DNA of 63,333 nt, the filler included, from Collodictyon triciliatum (taxonomy: Eukaryota), in the NCBI GenBank assembly GCA_043381765.1. It is 5 parts of 5 records of this genome, joined end to end, with 100 filler letters (N's around TTAATTAATTAA, not from the genome) between each part and the next. Parts side by side here need not be neighbours in the genome. Positions count along the whole stretch, not along the records: positions 17,887 to 35,688 come from JBHJMP010001425.1; positions 35,789 to 53,541 come from JBHJMP010001426.1; 3 more parts are not named here. One strand, written 5' to 3'. Position 1 is the stretch's first letter; each line of letters starts with the position of its first letter. The position numbers were made by a program, and so were the translations under genes. Under the pieces are notes generated by a model. The model was not told where the DNA came from. It worked only from the letters and a program-made list of their open reading frames with translations, and did no database searches. Shown here in pieces: positions 25,284 to 36,265 of the stretch.

Positions 25284-25830
25284 TTGCACCTCCTATTCGT
25301 GCGGGTTCCTTCTTTCTTTTCTTCTTTTCTTCTTTTCTTCTTTTCTTCTTTTCTTTCTTTCCTTTGACCTCTGAGCTTGTCTCTCTGCTCCAATGAATAT
25401 CGGGGTGCCTTTTGCGAGTGGAAAACTAAATTGTTGCTTCTTTTCGAAAAAAACTAAAAACCTTTGCAGGTGGAAATATCTGTTCTGCACAAAATTGGAA
25501 AACCCGGCAAAACTAATGAAGAAACGGTTAATATTATATCTGGAAAATAAAGAATTGTTTTTGTTACCTTCGCAAGTCGTGGGAAAACGGTAAACAAAGC
25601 CGGCGGCGTGTTGACACAAAAAAAAAAAGGGGAGAAAAAACCAAGAAGGCAAGAGGCGATAAGTAGGAAATATTCTTGTATAATTGTGAGACATTTGCGC
25701 TGCGTTTGTTGATGAAGATTAATGTGTTTGTGGTTTATCGGCTGGTTTGCGAGTCAGGAATTTAGATTGTGGCAGTAGTTGTCAAACAGATTCATTTTGT
25801 ATTTTCCCATTACTTTCTCTTTTAATATTA

Positions 25831-28800
25831 CTATTCATTGGTGACAGATGAGTGGATAAATGTTCTCAAGGATTCTATGATGGCAGTGAATGGGGGGCGA
25901 TCGGTTGGCTCTGGGCTCCAACAGCAACTGACAAAGAGGCAAGATTTGTAAGCATACAAATTAGTCGCGCTGTGAGTGCATGTTTCGTTTTGATATTAAG
26001 ATGCATAAAACTGAAAATACGGTTTGGCAAAGTTAAGAATGACTCCACTACGTGATAAGATTGCCAAGCTGCGAGTCGATTCCAGAAGGGATAGGAGGTC
26101 GTGCGTTCTTGGATATGACGCTCACAACAATCTGAGTTTGTGTAAATGATATCTTAACACTAAATTTTTAACTACACGGAGTAGAAGAAAAAAAGCAGGT
26201 AATTTGCTGTTTGTTGAAATATATGTTATGGAAGCAACTTGAAAGGGTGGCTGGTTTTGGTAAGGTTTTTTCCGTGTCATTAGCTCCCAAAGAATAATAC
26301 CGAAACTAGGTTTCATTGATCATTCGTCAGTTAAAAATGGAGACATTTGATATTTTTTTCCCCCTTAATTCGATTCAAAGAAAAGGAGATATTTGATATT
26401 AACATACTGTTGAAATAAAGCAATCGCGAATAGTTTAAATGGCCTAAGATATTATACTGCCCATCAACTCTGTTGAAAAAACCAAAAAAAAAAATACTGC
26501 CCATCACCTGTACACATCAACTTTCTCGTCGAATGCATCCCCTCTAATAATCTCTGGTGCCATCCATTCGGGCGTCCCTGCAATATTTTTCTGTGATGTT
26601 CCAGTGGCCTTTGTCTGGGACAAACCAAAATCACCAACTTTTACTGTCCAGTCATTTGCAACCTTACCAAAAAAAAAACCTTTTAATTAACTTTCCTTAC
26701 AATTCGAATAAACTCATTTTGACTGTATACTCACAAATAGATTGGGGCTCTTCAGGTCACAATGGATGATGATGGGAGTTCTTTGATGTAGGTATATCAT
26801 TCCAGAAACGATGTCCAAAGCCATTTTCATTTTGGTTTTCATCGTCAAATCTACCGCCGTGTCGTGCAGATTGTGATATAAACTATTGGGCACATTAATC
26901 CACTTGGCGTAAATTTTCTTTACAAAACATGTTTGATAGTACGAGATAAAGCCAACCTCGTCATTGTTGTAAAAAGGAAAGTAAATAGCAATTTAAATTT
27001 CATACACCAGTCAATCAGTCTCATATGAAAGCTACTTTATTACCACAAATTATGAACAAACAAAAAAAAATTAATATTTGTTCTTCATGCCTGCCTCTAC
27101 TAGCGTGTTCTGTTAGGATGTAGAGAAAACCGTCGGATACCCCAGCACCCAAGAAAGCAACTGCAAAAAAGATTATTTTTTTAAGCAAAAAATTTAAGCA
27201 GCATACCATCTCCCAAAGCAAAATAAAGGGGGAGCTGGTCAATTTTCCCATATTAAAAAAGAAAAGAAAAAGTACTAACCTATGTTGTCATGCTGCAGTT
27301 CCCTTATCAAAAAATATTTGATAAGGTGAATGAAGTTTAATTTAAAAATTAGACTCTTATTATAATCGCTACTGAGTGTATAAAAAAGTAAACCTGAGCG
27401 TATATACTTCTTGGAGCATGGACCAACAGTTTTCCGCATGCGCAGAGAAATTTAATAGCTTCTTAATTACTATTGTTTGTTCCTTCCATATCCCCTGAAA
27501 CATGCCAGATGAAAGAGATTTTACGATTGTTAACTTTGTTTTCTTTCTTTCGCTTTTCAAATTTTTAAATATTCATCGGTTCGACGTGAAAATCAAAAAT
27601 ATAAACGCTTAGAACTGGGCAGTATGCAAGGTATACGTTATTTCATACAAAATAACATAAAAATAAAGTGAACAGTACCAAGTAAACTTCTGAATAAGCT
27701 CCTCTGTCTAACAATTCCCCTCGAACGATAGGAGAGAAATATGAGTCGGTTAATAATTCTCTATGGCTTGAATCCCCATCGATTGCAGGTACATTAAGTT
27801 TTTCCATAACCAACATGTCAGGAAATGTAGCTGTATTTTTTTCTGGTAATTCGGTAGTGTTCATGTCGGGGTGTAATAAATAAGAGTTTGATGCAGAACA
27901 GCATCCCATTGTCAGAGTGATGACCGAATTTGCTGAACTACTTGTCTCACTATGGCGCTCTTGTGGTTTCAAGATAAGACGTAAAGTGTTTGAAACCATG
28001 TCCTTGCAAGTGATTTGAATGGATTGGTCCAAGTCTCTTTGGTTCATAATAGTTATGAGATCACCTAATTATATATTATAATTCTAACCGTCACCTCGGT
28101 GGCTTTCCAATGTTTAACACGGTTATTAATAAATATTGGAACTAATGTTCGACATGAAACAAAATCAGGATTCATATCATACCTTCTTCGTCATAGTAGC
28201 CGATTTTCATTTCAGTCTGAAAATCAACAGTCAGCTTGTCACTCAACTCATCAAATTGAATGGGATGAACAAATCGATAGTGCTTCTCCGTATCGCCAGA
28301 ATCACATATAACCAAAATCTAGATGTCCAAAATTTGATATGTTAAAAATGTAGGAATATGTGCGAATAATAAATACAAAAAAATTACACAAATTTACTTT
28401 GTTTTCAGACACATTTGATGCTTCTGCATATTTAAAAGAAAGAACTGTATCAGATAGCGGTCCGTCTAGTTGTTGTGTTATTAAGATACATATAGAGTTA
28501 AGTATTTGTATATATTACATTTTTTTTTAAAAAAAAAAACCAATTTTGAGCATGTAACACTATTGTAGACATTACCAGACAATGTGAGTTGTCGAAGACA
28601 TTCTAATGCAACCGATGTAATATCTTTATCCATCCAAGCAGCAACTCTAATAATCTCCGAAACAAACCCCATTGATGTGATAACATTTCGGTACGCAACT
28701 GTATTTCATGAAATTATTAGGTATCGAGTAAGTTATGCCCATAGAGAAGCATAAATAGCACTGAAATGTATCAAATATAATACGATTTGAGATGTAGGGC

Positions 28801-31800
28801 AACAAAAGCTTTGTCGTAAGTCTAACGCAGATAATCTTCTCCATTTCGAGCTCTGCAACTTTGATGCATTCCTCCTTCAAAAGGCAATTATGTAACATTT
28901 GCAGGTAGTCCTCTTCAAATGGCTTGATATCAAACGATTCTGTCATAATAAAGGATATGACAATATTTCAATAAGTTTGAATAAAATTGTAACTGTTTAT
29001 ACCACAAAATTTTATCCTGTGAAATAAAAAAAAAACCTGATTGAGAAAACGCATACATCGCCGATAAAATATTATATCTGACTTTCTCGTTTCCAATACG
29101 GCAATAGCCACATGCTTTTTTTAAAAAATGGCTATATTTGCATATTTTCTCTTTTAAATTGAGTTCACCTATATAATAAAAAAATGCATCTAACTCATCC
29201 TTTGTTTCAACGTAACCGAATCAGAATAACTTGACGATATTGAAGGCATCAAATTAGGAATTAAATAGCATCTTATCTCTCTCAAATTGAGCGACAGAAC
29301 AGAAAGATACATATATAATTAATTTTTCAATTTAAAATGCAAACCAGGTTTCGAAAAGTTAATAAGAATGCCAGATACATTCTCGATGCATTTGATATTT
29401 GTCAGTGTGCGTTGACCAAGAACGTTAAGAATACCAGATGAAATCATTCTGTCTCTTTCATAAAATGATAAGTTGTGTAATATTTTCGATGCACTCAACA
29501 AAATTCTTTCATCTGTGGATAGCATTTGGGACAGGGCTACATGAAACCCTCCATTATTAGCGAACAGGCTTGCTTCCTTTTCATCACCTATGGATTTTAA
29601 TCAGAATGAAAAAAAATAATCAAGTGGCTACTGTTTCATGTTTCTAAAGTACAATACAGAATACTTACGAAATTTTGATAGGTTTTCAAGCGATGCTAGG
29701 CTAAGAGCTTGCAAGTTATAATCGTCTTTTGATGCAAGAAAGGAAGTAGCTTTCAGCAGTCCATCCTCATCCCACAGTCTGTACTCACCCTCTTTTATGA
29801 GTATAATTAAGGCAAATCGCCAACAATCTCGTTTAAATATTATTAAAAAAAATCGCTCAAAGAATTTTCAAAGCTAAATAAATAAATGCATCATAGTCAT
29901 ATAGATAACCTTCTACACATCTGGAAAGCTGGTAAATTGCATTGGATGCTCGATACTGCATACGAATATCTGTAGAGGCGCTCATAGACGAAAATATACT
30001 CCAGTATCGATGATTTACTATATATTCTCTAAATTGCTCTGAGGAGAATTAGAATTTCATTTTTTTTCCATATACGCTCGTATGTGGGATACTTACTTTG
30101 GTAGCACAAGGAGCACATAATCCGCACAGAAACTTGCTGAACAAATTCTATCTTGCTATCACAAAGCTTGTAAATTGTATCGACGAAATCGCTACGACAC
30201 AATTTCTCCATGATGGTTTCTATGATTACAATTACAAAAATATGAAGATGAATAGATAATATCATTAAAGATGAAATTGGATATATCTCATCGAAAATGT
30301 TGTGCCTTTGCAGTACCATAAATCACCAAGTTGCTTATCATAGTAAGACTGCTGAAGCATAGTATTTTATCGTCACTCATGCAAAATTTTATCAGAAGTT
30401 CAACCAATTCAGAATCGCCGAATATCTCCCAGACTTTTTCATCAAAAGCACCTATTTTAACTGATTACATCATTAGTATAAGAGGGCAAGAATGAATCAC
30501 GTTTATGGTGGAATTGATTCTTCTTTTGTATGTGTTTTTTTTTAAAAAAAAATAAAAATAATCAGAGATACAGATAACCTGTAGAATTTTTTTCTAGATC
30601 ACTAGCCAGTCCTTCAGTGGTTCTCAAAAATGTACTTTTATCCTCGAAGCATCTGAGACACTGAAATAGCGTCAAAGTAATATTTTAAAGAAAAAGCATA
30701 TATAAGGCATATGATTAATTGAAATAATAAAAGGAACAAGAAATTTTTTTGCTTACAAGCTTTAGTCTCCTCTCTGGCAAAGATACGGATATTAAAGTAT
30801 CCTCGATTCTTTTCAAGCAATTTTCGCACTGAAATCCGCTAAATCCTGATAATGAACATAATGTTGACACTGCAAACCTTTGGTATCCTACGTATTAACT
30901 ATTCATTTATAATCTGGGTTTATCATTAATATTGGAATGTACGGTGAGAAAAGAATAAAATGTATCAGATATACAATCAGCAACAATAATATGATACCTA
31001 GGTTGTTAGACTTCCAAAGCAATACAAATACTCTAAGGCTATTTCCCTTCAAGAATAAATCAATCAATTCTTTTTCTAGGGTTAAACTACAAATAATCTC
31101 CGAAAAGCTTGTCGATTTGGATTGCATCCCATTGTTCACTGTTAAAATCAAGAATTAGATATGAAATAATGAAATGCGGCAATATTAAACCCAAAAATTA
31201 TCATTTACCAATTTTCTCGATGAATTCAGATGATTTAGGATGCTGCAGTATCAATCTTGGAACTCCATCTACCCAGGAGAGACATAAAGGAAAGATTCAC
31301 ATGAAACCAATTGACGAGTTTATGTCAAAATTTGTTTTCATTTTATTACCTTGACCGCAGAGATTTTGGATTATTTCAATGACATTCATGGTCAATGTTA
31401 GATCGCCAGCCAAACAATTTTCAATTAGGTTATGAATCGACCTTTCGGTGCTCAGAATAGAACAAACTTGATCTGGGTATATATGAGTAAAATTAGAATG
31501 ATAAAGCATTAGATGTTTGACTGTAAAAAATGACGATTTAATTTTCTGCTCATTAAGACTCAAGTGAAATCATTCTATCGAGTCGGATACATACCAGTGC
31601 ATAGTAAAGGCAAAATAAATTGAGATGCGATTCTTCGAAGTCCGATGGGTACTTCAGCATCAAAGAGGGAGCCGATAGGGCCGAAAATCAAAGAAGTATC
31701 GAATAGTACTTGTTCTCTTATGCAAAATTTAGGTATCACTCAAATATTTTTGAAGAAAAATTGAGAGAATTTAATAAAAGAACAAGATTACCCTTCTATA

Positions 31801-32880
31801 TATACCGATGCCAGACGAGCAAGACAAAACGCTCCCAGCCAACGAACACTATTGTTTTCTGAACAACTCCATATGCAAAGCAGCTGATAGTATCGAAATT
31901 ATTTTAGAAAAGATATAAATTGTAGAAAATATGAAAAATACACAACTTAAGCTTGGCTTCATTGATGGAATTAATCACGTTAGTAACATAAATTTCTAAA
32001 GTATTGATAATACCCCAAGACCAGCCTCCGATTTGAAAGCTTGTTGAATTACTACGTATTCAAACAAATCCAATGATATTCTAGCGACACCAAACTGTAT
32101 TACAGGATTTGGATATCCCCCAGCAATTAAAAGTGCCTGAGCCCCATCTTGAAGTAAAAACTCTCCTACTCTACTCGGGCAGGTCTCAAGTGTGTATGCC
32201 ACATCGTTCACCGCATTTGATAAAACAGAGAACTGAGAACTTGAATTTTTCATTATCTCGATAGATTCCAGAAAACCTTAGAGGATTAGGTGTAAGAAAT
32301 ATTAAAGAAATAAATAAAAAATAAAAAAAAGGGAAAAGAAAAGAATATACATTTATTCGGTAACATGCGATAGTCCAACATATGAGTTTTTTTTCTTCTT
32401 CTAGAATTCCGATAATGAGACGTTCATACTAAATAGCGGGACTGGTGAGCGTCTCGAACCCGGACTGTATGTAAAATTCGCCGGATAGGTTGAACTGGAT
32501 GGAGAATACTCTGGTAGATACGCAGTAAATACGCCGAGCAATCCACTGATGCTCTTTCCAATCTGCTCGATCACTCCACGGCCTATACCATTACGGATGC
32601 TATCTTTCCTTCCTATGGGGGTGGATTCTGGACCAGGTGGAGACAGCCTGCTGGGTACTTGAATCGATGGACTTAAGAGCTGAGAAGTAAAACTTAAACT
32701 AGGGGTGAAACTCTGGCCAGAATGAGAGGCCATGGCAGGAGACGCAGTGGAGGAACTGTATGACGAGTTTGACCCCGAGAATGAATTCAGCGAAGGACTC
32801 TGCTGCAGACCGGATGATTCTCCCAGGTGCTCGCGGCTGGAGCGCAGGGCTCGGGAAAACGAATCCTGCGTGGGATCCAT
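25831..32880 (-). CDS. Ser-rich N-terminus + armadillo/HEAT-like helical repeats + PB1 domain + TKL (Raf-like) protein kinase
   Basis: Kinase motifs [57 protein letters not shown]; stop TAG at 25831-25833. The PB1 OPCA motif [24 protein letters not shown] spans an intron near 28064-28183. The upstream helical units (e.g. [22 protein letters not shown]) are ARM-like, with lower certainty. Confidence 0.9.
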
Positions 32881-33360
32881 TCGCCAATAAAAGGAGGGAA
32901 GATCGCCTTAGCGCTCCTATATCATGATAGTCTAGTTCAGATCGGCACGAGGAGTTTGTAATGATTGTCGTAAACTTCTTGCTTCCTGATTTTTATTGGG
33001 GTAGATTGGTTTTTTGATTGGTTTTTATCGTTTTTTTTTTTTATTATTATTACTATTGTTTTTATTGGATTCTCCATTGGATTCTTCATTGGATTCCTTG
33101 GATTCCTCTAAATCATCACCCTGGTTATTGATATCGCGCGCAGACTTACGAATGTGTAGAGTGGTGAAAAAAAAACTGACCATAATTCCTTAGTAATGTG
33201 ATCTCCCTAAGAGCGGGGACAACTCTGTTGAGTACAAACATCTATATGGATTCTCATCCCAAATAGATGTGACACCAGGGCGAGGTTCTGTGGTGAACTC
33301 TCGAGAGTAGTGAGCTCTTCGATCTCGGCTGGTTTAGTTCAACCATCGATGGACTTCAGT

Positions 33361-34265
33361 GAGACCAGAAGTATGATGGCGCCAGTCAGCCTCGTGCAGG
33401 GTCGAGCTTGCATCGGGAAACGGAACCTCCCGATCGATCATTTGTTGCTGACGTACCGCGATCGAAAAGTGCGATTGAGAACGAACTCTTCAAAGACAAA
33501 GACTGCTTTGTCCGCCTTTGGGGCAAGCCATAGCTGGTTCTCTCTTTCGCAAACCGTAGTAACATGTGCAAGCAACTGCGGGAGGTTATGGAAGCCCGGG
33601 AGTGCTACGAGAAAGACGTGACACTAATGGTGGACAGACCCTGCCCTTGGACTCAGGATCGCCTTCCAGAAAAGAANNNNNNNNNNNNNNNNNNNNNNNN
33701 NNNNNNNNNNNNNNNNNNNNNNNNNNNNNNNNNNNNNNNNNNNNNNNNNNNNNNNNNNNNNNNNNNNNNNNNNNNNNNNNNNNNNNNNNNNNNNNNNNNN
33801 NNNNNNNNNNNNNNNNNNNNNNNNNNNNNNNNNNNNNNNNNNNNNNNNNNNNNNNNNNNNNNNNNNNNNNNNNNNNNNNNNNNNNNNNNNNNNNNNNNNN
33901 NNNNNNNNNNNNNNNNNNNNNNNNNNNNNNNNNNNNNNNNNNNNNNNNNNNNNNNNNNNNNNNNNNNNNNNNNNNNNNNNNNNNNNNNNTGTCCACCATT
34001 AGTGTCACGTCTTTCTCGTAGCACTCCCGGGCTTCCATAACCTCCCGCAGTTGCTTGCACATGTTACTACGGTTTGCGAAAGAGAGAACCAGCTATGGCT
34101 TGCCCCAAAGGCGGACAAAGCAGTCTTTGTCTTTGAAGAGTTCGTTCTCAATCGCACTTTTCGATCGCGGTACGTCAGCAACAAATGATCGATCGGGAGG
34201 TTCCGTTTCCCGATGCAAGCTCGACCCTGCACGAGGCTGACTGGCGCCATCATACTTCTGGTCTC
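33361..34265. repeat. Inner arms of a large inverted repeat: 33361-33636 and 33990-34265 (276 bp, identical by eye) around an N-gap
   Basis: Reverse-complement match; the ORF track gives identical peptides on opposite strands. Confidence 0.95.
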
Positions 34266-34878
34266 NNNNNNNNNNNNNNNNNNNNNNNNNNNNNNNNNNN
34301 NNNNNNNNNNNNNNNNNNNNNNNNNNNNNNNNNNNNNNNNNNNNNNNNNNNNNNNNNNNNNNNNNNNNNNNNNNNNNNNNNNNNNNNNNNNNNNNNNNNN
34401 NNNNNNNNNNNNNNNNNNNNNNNNNNNNNNNNNNNNNNNNNNNNNNNNNNNNNNNNNNNNNNNNNNNNNNNNNNNNNNNNNNNNNNNNNNNNNNNNNNNN
34501 NNNNNNNNNNNNNNNNNNNNNNNNNNNNNNNNNNNNNNNNNNNNNNNNNNNNNNNNNNNNNNNNNNNNNNNNNNNNNNNNNNNNNNNNNNNNNNNNNNNN
34601 NNNNNNNNNNNNNNNNNNNNNNNNNNNNNNNNNNNNNNNNNNNNNNNNNNNNNNNNNNNNNNNNNNNNNNNNNNNNNNNNNNNNNNNNNNNNNNNNNNNN
34701 NNNNNNNNNNNNNNNNNNNNNNNNNNNNNNNNNNNNNNNNNNNNNNNNNNNNNNNNNNNNNNNNNNNNNNNNNNNNNNNNNNNNNNNNNNNNNNNNNNNN
34801 NNNNNNNNNNNNNNNNNNNNNNNNNNNNNNNNNNNNNNNNNNNNNNNNNNNNNNNNNNNNNNNNNNNNNNNNNNNNNN

Positions 34879-35575
34879 CTGCCATGGCCTCTCATTCTGG
34901 CCAAAGTTTCACCCCAAGTTTAAGTTTTACTTCTCAGCTCTTAAGTCCATCGATTCAAGTACCCAGCATGCTGTCTCCACCTGGTCCAGAATCCACCCCC
35001 ATAGGGAGGAAAGACAGCATCCGTAATGGTATAGGCCGTGGAGTGATCGAGCAGATAGGCAATAGTATCAGTGGATTCCTCGGTGTATTTACTGCGTATC
35101 TACCAGAACACTCTGTCTCCGGTTCAACTTTCTCACCTTCTTTTAAGCACAGCTCGAATACCAATGGTTTGTCCAGTTTTTTTTTTTTAAAAAAAAAAGG
35201 GGTTCAATATCACACCATAAATAAAACAATCATGTTTATATTCTTTTTCTGGAGAGTATGATTCATACATATACTGATTGATTTACTCATATTTCTCTTT
35301 CCCCTTACTAAGGCTTTCTAGAGTCTATCGAGATAATGAAAAATTCAAGTTCTCAGTTCTCTGTTTTATCAAATGCGGTGAACGATGTGAGTTATGTGTT
35401 GGAAAGGAGCCCACGGAAGACGGGGGAGTTTTTACTTCAAGATGGGGCTCAGGCACTTTTAATTGCTGGGGGATATCCAAATCCTGAGATACAACTTGAG
35501 ATCGCAAGAATATCACTTGAATTATCCGATTACATAGCAGTTCAGCAAGTTTTCCTTTCAGAGGCTGGTCTTGAG
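34879..35575 (+). CDS. Partial inverted paralog (exons 1-2) of the ARM-PB1-kinase gene, truncated by gaps on both sides
   Basis: [16 protein letters not shown]...GVFTAYLPE and [18 protein letters not shown]...SEAGL match the gene at 32005-32738 (-). Frames are open and splice sites are retained. Confidence 0.85.
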
Positions 35576-35788
35576 GTATCATCGATACTTTAGAAATTTA
35601 TGTTACTAACGTGATTAATTCCATCAATGAAGCCAAGCTTAAGTTGTGTATTTTTCATATTTTCTACAATTTATATCTTTTCTAAAATNNNNNNNNNNNN
35701 NNNNNNNNNNNNNNNNNNNNNNNNNNNNNNNNTTAATTAATTAANNNNNNNNNNNNNNNNNNNNNNNNNNNNNNNNNNNNNNNNNNNN

Positions 35789-36201
35789 CTCCCTTTTCCT
35801 CTTTTCTCTTTTTTCTCTTTTTTCTCTCTTTTTCTCTCTTTTTCTCTCTTTTTCTCTCTTTTTCTCTCTTTTTCTCTCTTTTTCTTTCTTTTTTCTCTTC
35901 TTTCTCTCTCTTTTTTCTCTCTCTTTTTTCTCTTCTTTTTCTTCTTTCTCTTCTTTCTCTTTTTTTCTCTTTTTTTCTCTTTTTCTCTTTTTTCTCTTCT
36001 TTCTCTTCTTTTCTCTTCTTTCTCTTCTTTCTCTTCTTTCTCTTCTTTCTCTTCTTTCTCTTTTTTTTCTCTCTCTTTTCTCTCTCTTTTCTCTTTTTTT
36101 CTCTTTTTTTCTCTTTTTTTCTCTTTTTTTCTCTTTTTTTCTCTTTTTTTCTCTTTTTTTTCTCTCTTTTTTCTTCTTTTTTCTTTTTTCTCTTTTCTCT
36201 T
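35789..36201. repeat. CT-rich low-complexity tract
   Basis: Directly visible at a contig edge. Confidence 0.95.
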
Positions 36202-36265
36202 CGGTACGATCACGTTTTAAAATGCTTATTATTTCAACCATTTTTAATTTTGCAGGGCTTTCGTC

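Noticed and set aside
33531-33533. In-frame TAG as a sign of stop-codon reassignment
   Set aside because: TAG, TAA and TGA each terminate well-supported genes in this window, and no conserved domain contains an internal stop.
35737-36241. K/E/R-rich, poly-F, poly-N/I/L and X-filled ORFs here and at other repeats and gaps
   Set aside because: Translations of microsatellites or N-runs.
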